Below are positions 27,126 through 36,554 of a stretch of 64,000 nucleotides of DNA, piece by piece. The stretch spans positions 9,504 through 73,503 of the forward strand of contig DATBLZ010000081.1 of the NCBI GenBank assembly GCA_036555065.1, written 5' to 3'. Positions within the stretch are counted from its first letter, which is position 1; every line of letters begins with the position of its first letter. Source of the stretch: Gammaproteobacteria bacterium. Lineage in GTDB: Bacteria; Pseudomonadota; Gammaproteobacteria; Steroidobacterales; Rariloculaceae. A program made the position numbers and the translations under genes. The notes under the pieces were generated by a model, which worked only from the letters and a program-made list of their open reading frames with translations, searched no databases and was not told the origin of the DNA.

Positions 27126-29759
27126 ATGAAGTCGGGCAATACCGCGTCGCTGCGCACTCTGCCGGATGACGAAAGTCACCTACGGGAGGCCCTTGCGCAG
27201 AGCGAGCACCGTCTTCAATGCCTGATCGAGCTCTCATCCGACTATTACTGGGAGACGGACGAGGACCTGCGCTTCACACACGTGCGACACCAGGCCTCCG
27301 ACGGGCGGGTAACGGGATTCATCGGCAAGGCGACTTGGGAGCTCGGCGCCATCCCCGTGCATGGCACCTGGGACGAATATCGGGAGCTCCGCGCGGCGCA
27401 TCTGCCGTTCACCGATTTCCTCGTTCGGCGCCCGGACGCCGACGGCCGCGACGTCTATCTGAGCGCCAGCGGCCGACCGATGTTCGCCGCCGACGGTCGC
27501 TTCCGCGGATACCAGGGCATCACGCGCGATGTAACGCGGCAAGTACGCGACGAACGCCTGCGCACGCTCGATCGCACGGTCGCCGGAATCTTGGCGGACG
27601 CCGCAGACCTTCAGGCCGGGTTGACGTCGGTGATTCGCGCGATTTGCGAGTCCGAAAGCTGGGAGGCCGGGCACTACTGGTGCGTCCAGGACGAGCGCAG
27701 CGCGCTGCGCGTCTGCGCGACGTGGAGCGTCCCGGGCGCCGCGATCGAAAGCATGACCGCAGAGGTTCAGAAGCTCAGAGGCGTGCCCGGCATTGGCCTC
27801 GTGGGCACCGTGTTGCAGACGGCAAAATCCCTTTGGGTCGCCGACCTTGGCAATGATTCGCGCGTCGCACACCGCGACCTCGCGCGCCGGACCGAGTGCA
27901 ACAGTGCGTTCCTATTCCCCGTGCTCTCGAAAGGAAAGCCGATCGGCGTTCTGGACTTCAATGCGCGCCGAATACCGGAGCCCGACGACGGCTTGCTCCA
28001 TGTGATCCACATGCTCGGCACGCAGATTGGCGCCTTCTACGATCGCGCGCGTGCTCTCGAGCAGCTCCGCGCGAGCGAGGAGCTCTTCTCGAACACGGTC
28101 GAGCTCGCCGCGATCGGCATCAGCCACGTAGCAAAGGATGGCAGATTCATCCACGTCAACCGCAGCTTGTGCGACATGCTCGGCTACACGCGCGAGGAGT
28201 TGCTCGCGCTCAACGTCAAGCAAGTGTCGCATTCGGAAGATCAGAACGTCACCGACGAAGCCAAGAGGAGACTGCTCGCGGGCGAAACCGATTCCATCAG
28301 AGTCGAGAAAAGGTATTTGCGCAAGGACGGCACGCCGATCTGGGTCAGGATCAACGTCGCGTTGAATCGTGCGGCCGATGGCACGCCCTTGCACGACATC
28401 TCGGCCGTAGAGGACATCTCCGAGCGCAAACGCGTCGAGGAGCGGGTCCAGTATCTAGCCACGCACGACGAGATGACCGGCCTACCTAACCGCACTATGT
28501 TCGCTCAGTTGCTGAGCCACGCGATCCAACGCGCGCGTCGTAAGCGCACGTCGAAGGTCGCGGTGCTGTTCGTCGATCTCGATCGCTTCAAGATCGTCAA
28601 CGACTCGCTCGGCCATGAGGCCGGCGATGAGCTCTTAAAGCAGGTCGCGGCACGCTTTCGGGATTGTTTGCGCGCAAGCGACGTTCTTGCGCGCCTCGGT
28701 GGCGACGAGTTCGTCGTGCTCCTCGAGGAAGGGAAGGATGCGCAAGAAGCCGCGCAGGTCGCGCGTAAGCTCCTCTCCGCAGCCATTCAGCCGATCGAGA
28801 TCATGGGTCAAGAGTGCCGCGTCACGGCGAGCATCGGCATCTCGACGTTCCCCGACGATGCGGGAGATGCACAGGCCCTCATGAAGAATGCAGACGCCGC
28901 CATGTATCTTGCCAAGGAAGAAGGCAAAAACAACTACCAATTCCATTCTCGATCGACCAACGCCCTTTCGATCGAGCGCCTCGCGCTCGAAACGAACCTG
29001 CGGCGCGCGTTGGAGCGCGACGAGTTCAAGCTTCAGTATCAACCCCAGGTCGCGGCGGCGACGGGCGAAATCACCGGTGCGGAGGCGCTACTGCGCTGGT
29101 GGAACCACGAGCTCGGCACCGTGCCGCCCGCGCGCTTCATCCCGCTTGCCGAGGACACGGGGCTCATCGTCGCGATCGGCAGGTGGGTGCTCAACACCGC
29201 GTGCGCACAGAACGTCGCTTGGCAACGCGCCGGGTTGCCGCCGATTCGCATGGCCGTAAACATTTCGCCGCGCCAATTCAAGGATCAAAACCTCATCCGC
29301 GATATCGCAGCCGCGCTCGAGCAGAGCGGGATGGCTCCGGAGCTTCTGGAGCTCGAGATCACCGAAGGCGTGATCATGCATGACGTGAATCAAGCCGTTC
29401 GGCAACTGCATGCGATCAAGGCGATGGGCGTGCGCCTCGCGATCGACGACTTCGGCACGGGCTATTCCTCGCTCGCGCAGCTCAAGCGCCTGCCCATCGA
29501 TACACTCAAGGTGGACCGCTCCTTCATCCGCGAGATCCCGCGCGATCCGGAAGACAAGGCGATCACCGAGGCCGTCATTGCCATGGGTAAGACGCTCGGC
29601 GTCACCGTGGTTGCCGAAGGCGTAGAAACCGCCGATCAGCGCGAATTCTTGAGCAGCCGCGCGTGCAACGAGCTACAAGGGTTCTTGTTCAGCAAGCCTT
29701 GCCATCCTGATGCGCTCGCCGAGCTTCTGCGGAGCAAGATGTCGGCCCGGCGCGCATAG
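27126..29759 (+). CDS. Cytoplasmic PAS-GAF-PAS-GGDEF-EAL cyclic-di-GMP turnover protein
   Basis: Intact GGDEF (ARLGGDEFVVLL) and EAL (GAEALLRWW, ELEITEG, LAIDDFGTGYSSL, KVDRSFI, VAEGVET, QGFLFSKP). The ATG at 27126 has GGAG 6 nt upstream; the track start at 27096 is a TTG. Confidence 0.9.
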   Translation: MKSGNTASLRTLPDDESHLREALAQSEHRLQCLIELSSDYYWETDEDLRFTHVRHQASDGRVTGFIGKATWELGAIPVHGTWDEYRELRAAHLPFTDFLVRRPDADGRDVYLSASGRPMFAADGRFRGYQGITRDVTRQVRDERLRTLDRTVAGILADAADLQAGLTSVIRAICESESWEAGHYWCVQDERSALRVCATWSVPGAAIESMTAEVQKLRGVPGIGLVGTVLQTAKSLWVADLGNDSRVAHRDLARRTECNSAFLFPVLSKGKPIGVLDFNARRIPEPDDGLLHVIHMLGTQIGAFYDRARALEQLRASEELFSNTVELAAIGISHVAKDGRFIHVNRSLCDMLGYTREELLALNVKQVSHSEDQNVTDEAKRRLLAGETDSIRVEKRYLRKDGTPIWVRINVALNRAADGTPLHDISAVEDISERKRVEERVQYLATHDEMTGLPNRTMFAQLLSHAIQRARRKRTSKVAVLFVDLDRFKIVNDSLGHEAGDELLKQVAARFRDCLRASDVLARLGGDEFVVLLEEGKDAQEAAQVARKLLSAAIQPIEIMGQECRVTASIGISTFPDDAGDAQALMKNADAAMYLAKEEGKNNYQFHSRSTNALSIERLALETNLRRALERDEFKLQYQPQVAAATGEITGAEALLRWWNHELGTVPPARFIPLAEDTGLIVAIGRWVLNTACAQNVAWQRAGLPPIRMAVNISPRQFKDQNLIRDIAAALEQSGMAPELLELEITEGVIMHDVNQAVRQLHAIKAMGVRLAIDDFGTGYSSLAQLKRLPIDTLKVDRSFIREIPRDPEDKAITEAVIAMGKTLGVTVVAEGVETADQREFLSSRACNELQGFLFSKPCHPDALAELLRSKMSARRA

Positions 29760-29788
29760 GCCGCCACAATCTGTGTAAACTCCGGCGC

Positions 29789-30211
29789 ATGCGCGCTCTC
29801 GCGACCTTGGTCCTCGTGGGCTGTCTCGCTTCGAGCTGGACGGCGGGGCAAGTCACCTCGGGGGACGTTCCGAAGCAGGTTCATTTCATCATCGACAGTA
29901 ACCGGCTCGTCGCCTCGAACGTGCGCTTCAATCGCTTCGATGAGCTCAGGCTTAACGCCCAAGAGCGCGTCGACAGCTTCAGCGAAGGCGACGCAGTCAT
30001 CGTCGTCGTCACGAATCAACGCGTGATCGCCTACGGCGCCGTGAGCGGCTGGCGCACGATGGACCGCGTCCCGAACGAGCGCATCGAGAGCGTCTCCGCC
30101 GAGGACTACGCGGGCCTCGTCGTCACGAGCCGCCGGATGTTGAACTTCAACGGCGAAAGCGGCGTCTGGGGTGAGCGGGACCGAACGGTGAATCCTCAGA
30201 TCCGGCGCTGA
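29789..30211 (+). CDS. Small exported protein of unknown function
   Basis: 140 aa with signal peptide MRALATLVLVGCLASSWTAG, 30 nt downstream of the GGDEF-EAL gene. No domain recognised. Confidence 0.5.
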   Translation: MRALATLVLVGCLASSWTAGQVTSGDVPKQVHFIIDSNRLVASNVRFNRFDELRLNAQERVDSFSEGDAVIVVVTNQRVIAYGAVSGWRTMDRVPNERIESVSAEDYAGLVVTSRRMLNFNGESGVWGERDRTVNPQIRR

Positions 30212-30254
30212 GCGAAGGGCGGCGGTCGACGCCCTGGCGGTCTAGAATGCCCGA

Positions 30255-31745
30255 ATGATCTGTCTGCCCGAGCCGGACGCCGGCATCCTCGCACGTCGCG
30301 AACGAATCGTTACGGCGCTGCGCGCGCTCGTCGCGCCCGGCAATGTCATCGACGAGGCGCTGCGCCTCAAGGCATACGAGACCGACGCGCTCACGGCATA
30401 TCGCCAAGTCCCGCTCGCCGTCGTCTTGCCGGAATCGACGGCCGAGGTCGCCGCGATCCTGCGTTACGCGCACCGCGAAGGCGTCAATGTCGTCCCGCGC
30501 GGCGCGGGCACGTCGCTGTCGGGCGGCGCGATCCCGGCCGCGGACGCGATCGTCGTCGGCGTGGGCAAATTCAACCGCATTCTCGACATCGATTACGCCA
30601 ATCGCTGCGTCGTCGCGCAAAGCGGCGTCACGAATCTCGCGATCAGCCACGCGGTCGGCGAGTGCGGCTTCTACTATGCACCCGACCCTTCGAGCCAGAT
30701 CGCGTGCACGATCGGCGGCAACGTCGCGGAGAATTCCGGCGGCGTGCACTGCCTCAAATACGGCTTGACGACGAATAACGTGCTCGGCGTCGAGCTCGTC
30801 TGCCCGGACGGTGAGGTCGTGCGGCTCGGCGGCAAGCACCTCGATAGCGGACACTACGATTTGCTCGGGCTCACCGTCGGCTCCGAAGGCCTCATCGGCA
30901 TCGTCACCGAGGTGACCGTACGGATCCTCAAACGACCGCAAACGGCGCGCGCGCTCTTGATCGGCTTTCCGTCGGTGGAGACGGCCGCAGAGACGGTCGC
31001 CGCGATCATCGCGGCCGGCATCGTCCCGGCCGGAATGGAAATGATGGACCGACCCGCGATTCATGCGGCCGAGGCTTTCGTGCAGGTGGGCTACCCGCTC
31101 GATGTCGAGGCGCTGCTCATCATCGAGCTCGACGGCCCCGCTGTCGAGGTCGACCTCCTCATCGAGCGAGTCTCGGCGATCGCGCGCGCCCACAGTGCCG
31201 TAAGCTCGCGCGCTTCCGCAAACGAGGCCGAGCGGCTCGCGTTCTGGGCCGGCCGCAAGGCCGCGTTCCCCGCCGTCGGCCGGTTGAGCCCTGATTACTA
31301 CTGCATGGACGGCACGATTCCGCGCCGCGAGCTGCCCAAAGTGCTGCGGGCGATCGGCGCGATGTCGAAGCGCTTTGGGCTGCGCGTTGCGAACGTGTTT
31401 CACGCCGGCGATGGCAATCTGCATCCGTTGATCATGTATGACGCCAACGTGCCTGAGGAGCTCGAAAAAGCCGAGCAATTCGGCCAAGAGATCCTGAAGC
31501 TTTGCGTCGACGTTGGCGGCGTCTTGACCGGCGAGCACGGCGTCGGCCTCGAGAAGCGCGATCTCATGACCTACCAGTTCGCGGCCGACGATCTCGAGCT
31601 CCAGCACCGCGTCAAGCATGCGTTCGATCCGAACGTGCGCTTCAACCCGGGCAAGGTCTATCCGGCGCTCCGCCGTTGCGCCGAGCAGGGCCGCGAGCAC
31701 GTGCATGCGGGCGCCGAGCGGTTTCCCGAGCTGCCGCGCTTCTGA
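30255..31745 (+). CDS. glcD: Glycolate oxidase FAD-linked subunit GlcD
   Basis: FAD-binding PCMH-type motifs (VVPRGAGTSLSGGA). 496 aa. Followed by glcE and glcF. Confidence 0.85.
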   Translation: MICLPEPDAGILARRERIVTALRALVAPGNVIDEALRLKAYETDALTAYRQVPLAVVLPESTAEVAAILRYAHREGVNVVPRGAGTSLSGGAIPAADAIVVGVGKFNRILDIDYANRCVVAQSGVTNLAISHAVGECGFYYAPDPSSQIACTIGGNVAENSGGVHCLKYGLTTNNVLGVELVCPDGEVVRLGGKHLDSGHYDLLGLTVGSEGLIGIVTEVTVRILKRPQTARALLIGFPSVETAAETVAAIIAAGIVPAGMEMMDRPAIHAAEAFVQVGYPLDVEALLIIELDGPAVEVDLLIERVSAIARAHSAVSSRASANEAERLAFWAGRKAAFPAVGRLSPDYYCMDGTIPRRELPKVLRAIGAMSKRFGLRVANVFHAGDGNLHPLIMYDANVPEELEKAEQFGQEILKLCVDVGGVLTGEHGVGLEKRDLMTYQFAADDLELQHRVKHAFDPNVRFNPGKVYPALRRCAEQGREHVHAGAERFPELPRF

Positions 31746-32875
31746 TGGGCGCGGGCGTCGCAACCTCGCGATTGGCGCCGCGCGACGCGGCCGAGCTCGC
31801 GGAAATCGTCCGCGCTCATCCGCGGCCGCTGGAGCCCTTAGGCTTCGGCTCGAAACGCTCGATCGGCCGGCCCATCGACGCGGACCCGCTCGATCTCTCG
31901 GCGCTCGACGGCATCCTGGCTTACGAGCCCGACGAGCTCGTGGTCACGGCGCGCGCGGCGACGCCGCTCGCGGTCGTCGAAACTGCGCTTGCGGCGCATG
32001 GTCAACGCCTCGCGTTCGAGCCGCCCGACTACGGACCGTTGCTCGGCGTGGCGCCCATGCAGACGCTGGGCGGCGTGCTCGCGGCGAACCTCGCGGGCTC
32101 GCGGCGCGTGACCGCCGGCGCCGCACGCGATCACTTTCTCGGCTTCGAAGCCGTGAGTGGTCATGGGAAGCGTTTCAAAGCCGGCGGCAAAGTCGTCAAA
32201 AACGTCACGGGTTACGATTTGCCTAAGCTCGTCGCGGGCTCCTGGGGCACGCTTGCTGTCCTCACGGAGGTCACGCTTCGCGTCGCTCCGGCGCCCGAGA
32301 CCGAGACCACGCTGATCGTCGAGTCCGAGACGCCGGCGCGCGCCGTCGAGCTGATGGCGCAGGCGCTCGGCTCGTCCTGCGACGTCTCATCGGCCGCATT
32401 CGATCCGCGCCAAGGGGTTGCGCTGCGCCTCGAAGGCTTTACGGCCTCGGTCGACGCCCGTGCGGCCGCGTTATCCACGCTGCTCGACGCCGGCGGAACC
32501 GCGCTCGAGCCGCCCGAGTCGCGGGCGTTTTGGGCCCGGCACGGCGGCGCCCATGCGCTCGCCGACTGGCCCGTCGTTTGGCGGATCTCGATTCCCCCGA
32601 GCCACGCGCCGCGCGTCCTCGCGTCGCTCGCCGCCGAGCGTTATCTGCTCGATTGGGGCGGCGGGCTCATTTGGGCCGCTTACGGCCGGCTCGACGTTGC
32701 GCGGGTGCGCGGTGCACTCCGCGCAGGCCACGCGACGCTCGTCAAGGCGCCGGCGAGCGCGCGTCGCGAGACGTGCTCGTTTCCACCCCCGCCCGCATCG
32801 CTCGCCGCCGTGCATGCGCGCATCAAGCTTGCGTTCGATCCCGACAATCGGCTCAACCCGGGGAAACTGGACTAA
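31745..32875 (+). CDS. glcE: Glycolate oxidase FAD-binding subunit GlcE
   Basis: The in-frame ATG at 31745 overlaps the glcD stop (TGATG). N-terminus LEPLGFGSKRSIGRP and KNVTGYDLPKL. The upstream part of the track ORF overlaps glcD. Confidence 0.8.
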   Translation: MGAGVATSRLAPRDAAELAEIVRAHPRPLEPLGFGSKRSIGRPIDADPLDLSALDGILAYEPDELVVTARAATPLAVVETALAAHGQRLAFEPPDYGPLLGVAPMQTLGGVLAANLAGSRRVTAGAARDHFLGFEAVSGHGKRFKAGGKVVKNVTGYDLPKLVAGSWGTLAVLTEVTLRVAPAPETETTLIVESETPARAVELMAQALGSSCDVSSAAFDPRQGVALRLEGFTASVDARAAALSTLLDAGGTALEPPESRAFWARHGGAHALADWPVVWRISIPPSHAPRVLASLAAERYLLDWGGGLIWAAYGRLDVARVRGALRAGHATLVKAPASARRETCSFPPPPASLAAVHARIKLAFDPDNRLNPGKLD

Positions 32876-32910
32876 TGCGCCCGACAGCCCGAGTGCGCTG
32901 AGGCGGCCCG

Positions 32911-34233
32911 ATGCAGACGCGCTTCACGCCTGAGCAACTTCGCGATCCCGATATCGCGGCCGCCGAGCCGATTCTGCGCAAGTGCGTGCATTGCGGCTTT
33001 TGCACCGCGACGTGCCCGACTTACGTCTTGCTCGGCGACGAGCTCGACGGCCCGCGCGGCCGCATCTATCTGATCAAGGACATGCTCGAGCACGAGCGCC
33101 CGGCGACCGCGGGCATCGTGCAGCACATCGACCGCTGTCTCTCGTGCCTCGCATGCACGACGACGTGTCCTTCGGGCGTGCATTACCAACACCTCATCGA
33201 CCACGCGCGCGTGCGCGTCGAGCGCACGTATCGACGTCCGTTCGGGGACCGCGTCATCCGCGGCCTGCTCGCGTGGGTGCTGCCCTACCCCGCGCGATTT
33301 CGTTGGGTGCTTCGGCTTGCGCGGCTCGCGCGCCCGTTCGCCGCGCTTTTCCCTCGGCGCCTACGCGCGATGCTCGCGCTCGTGCCGCGCCGCCAAGCGC
33401 GGGGCGGGGTTGTGGGAGCGCCTGTAGAAGGTCCCGTGGGAGCCCCTGTAGAAGCGGCTTCAGCCGCGACTCTTCAAGGCGACAGGGCAACGCCGCCGCG
33501 CGGCCGCGTCGCCCTGCTCGCCGGCTGCGTGCAGACGGTCGTCGGACCCGAAATCAATGCGGCCACCGAGCGCCTGCTGCGCCGCCTCGGCTTTGACGTC
33601 GTGACAATCGACGGTTGCTGCGGCTCGATCGTGCACCACCTCGGGCGCGAAGCGCAGAATCGCGCGCTCGCTGCGCGCGTAATCGAGCGCCTGCACGCCG
33701 AGCATTCGGCACGGCCGCTCACTGCGATCATCGTCAACGCGTCGGGCTGCGGCACGCACCTCAAGGACTACGACTTCATCTTCCGCAACGATTCGGCGCT
33801 GGCGAGCAAGGCCGACGTCATCAGCGCGCTTACGCGCGACGTTAGTGAGTTTCTCGCCGCTCATGGCCTGCCGAAGGCGACGATTTCGCCGGGTCTTGCC
33901 GTCGCCTATCACTCCGCATGCTCCCTGCAGCACGGCCAGAAAATCGACCGCGAGCCGCGCGAGCTGCTCGTGCGTGCCGGTTTCCGAGTCGCGGAGATTC
34001 CCGAGGGGCACCTCTGTTGCGGCTCCGCCGGCACGTTCAACATGCTGCAGCCGGAGATCGCAGCGCGGCTCCGTGAGCGCAAGCTCGCCAACGCCAGGCG
34101 CACGGGCGCCTCGCTCGTTGCGACCGGAAACATCGGCTGCATCACGCAGCTCGGGGGCGCCGGCGGTCTCCCGATCGTGCACACGGTCGAGCTGCTGGAC
34201 TGGGCGACGGGCGGGCCTAAGCCCTTGAGGTAA
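32911..34233 (+). CDS. glcF: Glycolate oxidase iron-sulfur subunit GlcF
   Basis: Two 4Fe-4S motifs, CVHCGFCTATCP and CLSCLACTTTCP. C-terminal CCG-type Cys-rich repeats (GCCGS, CCGSAGTF). Carries a REP-derived in-frame insert in the linker. Confidence 0.85.
   Translation: MQTRFTPEQLRDPDIAAAEPILRKCVHCGFCTATCPTYVLLGDELDGPRGRIYLIKDMLEHERPATAGIVQHIDRCLSCLACTTTCPSGVHYQHLIDHARVRVERTYRRPFGDRVIRGLLAWVLPYPARFRWVLRLARLARPFAALFPRRLRAMLALVPRRQARGGVVGAPVEGPVGAPVEAASAATLQGDRATPPRGRVALLAGCVQTVVGPEINAATERLLRRLGFDVVTIDGCCGSIVHHLGREAQNRALAARVIERLHAEHSARPLTAIIVNASGCGTHLKDYDFIFRNDSALASKADVISALTRDVSEFLAAHGLPKATISPGLAVAYHSACSLQHGQKIDREPRELLVRAGFRVAEIPEGHLCCGSAGTFNMLQPEIAARLRERKLANARRTGASLVATGNIGCITQLGGAGGLPIVHTVELLDWATGGPKPLR
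33410..33470 (+). repeat. Composite REP-like element inside the glcF coding sequence
   Basis: TTGTGGGAGC-GCC-TGTAGAAG-GTCCCG-TGGGAGC-CCC-TGTAGAAGCGGCTTCAGCCGCGAC: repeated REP head motifs and one complete hairpin. It is translated in frame as VVGAPVEGPVGAPVEAASAAT. Confidence 0.65.
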
Positions 34234-34302
34234 AGGCGGCCGGGCGCCGGAACTTGCACCATACGCTAGAATAGAACTTCACCTTCCCGAGGTACGAAAA
34301 CA

Positions 34303-35496
34303 ATGATCACGATTCGACCAATTCGCGCACTCGCATTCACCACCGCCGTCCTCTTGAGCGCGAGCCTCGCGCTCGCCCAGCCGCCCGGGCCTCCGGGGGA
34401 GAACTTCAAGGTCGTCACGTTCGTCGAGGGCCTGAAGAATCCTTGGAGCATGGCGTTTCTGCCGAACGGCGACATGCTCGTCACTGAGCGTCCCGGCACG
34501 CTGCGCATCATCCGCAACGGCCAACTGCTGCCGGATCCCGTGCCCGGCGTGCCCGCCGTGCGCGCGCAAGGTCAGGGCGGTCTTCAGGAAGTCGCGCTGC
34601 ATCCGAACTTCGCCGCGAACCACATCCTCTACCTGAGCTACGCAAAGCCGAATGCGGATGGTTCGCAAGGTACGACGGCGCTGAGCCGCGCGCGCTTCGA
34701 GAACGATCGCTTAGTCGACGTCAAGGAGATCTTCGAGGCCAAAGCGTGGGCAAATACGCCGGGCCACTTCGGTGCGCGCATTGCGTTCGATCGCGAGGGA
34801 CACCTGTTCATGTCGGTCGGTGACCGCATGGCGGGTCTGCTCGAGGGCCCGATGGGCGGCCCGGGACTCGTGAACCACCCGGCCCAGCAGCTATCGAGCC
34901 ACCAAGGCAAGATCATTCGCTTGAACGACGACGGCAGCGTGCCTAACGACAACCCATTCGTTGGCCGCGCCGGAGCGCTACCTGAGATCTGGAGCTTGGG
35001 GCATCGCAACCCGCAAGGGCTCGCGCTTCGTCCCGGCACGGACGAGCTCTGGTCGAGCGAGCATGGTCCGCAAGGCGGCGACGAGTTGAACATCATCCGC
35101 CGCGGCGCGAACTACGGCTGGCCCGTGATCGGTTATGGCGCCAACTACGTCGTCGGCACCGAGATTCATGCCGACCGCTATCACGAGGGCATGGAGCAAC
35201 CGCGCGCGTTCTGGGTGCCGTCGATCGGCATCTCGGCACTGCTCTTCTATCAGGGCGACAAATTCCCGAACTGGAAGGGCAACGCGTTCGTTGCGGGCAT
35301 GTCGGGCAACTACCGGCAGCTCGTGCGGATCGCGCTCAACGGCGAGGTCGTCACGAGCCGCGAGCCGCTGCTCGTCGGGCAGTTCCGGATTCGCGACATA
35401 CGCGAAGGGCCTGACGGCTTCGTTTATCTCGCGACCGACAACATGTACCCCGGTCAGCCGAGCCCGATCGTGCGCTTGGAGCCCGAAGCCGACTAA
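34303..35496 (+). CDS. PQQ-dependent soluble sugar dehydrogenase, paralog 2
   Basis: Signal peptide, GPQGGDELNII, YGWPVIGYG and FWVPSIGISAL. Same family as 6767-8041. Confidence 0.8.
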   Translation: MITIRPIRALAFTTAVLLSASLALAQPPGPPGENFKVVTFVEGLKNPWSMAFLPNGDMLVTERPGTLRIIRNGQLLPDPVPGVPAVRAQGQGGLQEVALHPNFAANHILYLSYAKPNADGSQGTTALSRARFENDRLVDVKEIFEAKAWANTPGHFGARIAFDREGHLFMSVGDRMAGLLEGPMGGPGLVNHPAQQLSSHQGKIIRLNDDGSVPNDNPFVGRAGALPEIWSLGHRNPQGLALRPGTDELWSSEHGPQGGDELNIIRRGANYGWPVIGYGANYVVGTEIHADRYHEGMEQPRAFWVPSIGISALLFYQGDKFPNWKGNAFVAGMSGNYRQLVRIALNGEVVTSREPLLVGQFRIRDIREGPDGFVYLATDNMYPGQPSPIVRLEPEAD

Positions 35497-35505
35497 GAAG
35501 AGCAC

Positions 35506-36483
35506 CTAGCGCAGGACGTATTTCTTGACAGTCTGCGACCCGACCTCGGCGCCGTAGATGTTTCCCGCGGCATCGGCCGCGATGCCGTGCGCGCCGGTCT
35601 CTTGCGCGTTCGCAGGGTCGAATTCGGGATCGGGAATGAAGGCCGTGACGACGCCGTCGTGCGCGCTGCCGATGCGGATGCCGCGCGGCCAACCGGGATT
35701 CCGTTCCGCGTTCGACTGGTTGTCGGATACGTAGAGCACATCGTTCGCATCGATGAAGAGTCCGCTCGGCCGGCCGAACTGCGTCCACGCGGCGATGAAC
35801 TCGCCCTCTTGATCGAAGATCTGGATGCGGTTGTTGTCGCGGTCCGCGACGAACAAACGGCCGCGTGAATCGAGCGCGAGCGCGTGCGGCACGCGAAACC
35901 GTCCTGGCGCCGAGCCGCTGCCGCCCCATGATTTGATGAACGCGCCATCGCGCGCGAGCTTGACAATACGATTGTTCGAGTCGGGCTCATGGCCGTCCGC
36001 GACGAAGACATCCCCGTTCGGCGCGACGACGACTGCAGTCGGGCCGTTGAAATGCGCTGCGTCGTTGCCGGGCATGTCCGCTTCGCCGAGCCGCATGAGC
36101 ACCTCGCCGGCCGCGCTCATTTTGACGACTTGATGGCCCTTGCCCTCCCCGGCGCGCGCGTCGGTGACCCAAACGTTGCCTTCGGCATCGACGTAGAGGC
36201 CGTGCGGCCACGCGAAGAGCCCCGCGCCGAAAGAGCGCAACAGCGTGCCCGACGCGTCGTAGAGCCGGATCGGCGCAACCGCGTCACGGCCGACGCAGTC
36301 ATTGCCGCCGCACCGCTCGGCGACCCAGATGAGGCCGTCGGCGCCCGGATAGACCGCACTGACCGATCCCAGCGGTGCGGTTTCGAGGTTCTGCACCCAT
36401 TGCGGCAGCGTCCTATAGGGATTCGGTTGTGCCCCGACCGCTGCGGCGAATCCGGCAAGTGTCACGGCAACGGCACATCGCAT
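35506..36483 (-). CDS. Exported NHL-repeat six-bladed beta-propeller protein (peptidyl-alpha-hydroxyglycine lyase-like)
   Basis: Signal peptide. Repeated NHL-like blades (PHGLYVDAEGNVWVTD, PTAVVVAPNGDVFVADG, PHALALDSRGRLFVADRDNNRIQIF). Confidence 0.7.
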   Translation of the reverse strand: MRCAVAVTLAGFAAAVGAQPNPYRTLPQWVQNLETAPLGSVSAVYPGADGLIWVAERCGGNDCVGRDAVAPIRLYDASGTLLRSFGAGLFAWPHGLYVDAEGNVWVTDARAGEGKGHQVVKMSAAGEVLMRLGEADMPGNDAAHFNGPTAVVVAPNGDVFVADGHEPDSNNRIVKLARDGAFIKSWGGSGSAPGRFRVPHALALDSRGRLFVADRDNNRIQIFDQEGEFIAAWTQFGRPSGLFIDANDVLYVSDNQSNAERNPGWPRGIRIGSAHDGVVTAFIPDPEFDPANAQETGAHGIAADAAGNIYGAEVGSQTVKKYVLR

Positions 36484-36554
36484 AGGCCGAGTTTACCGCT
36501 AAAACCTTGAACTGGTTGGGGTTCTCGGCCTTCACCGCCGCTTAGACTTGATGG

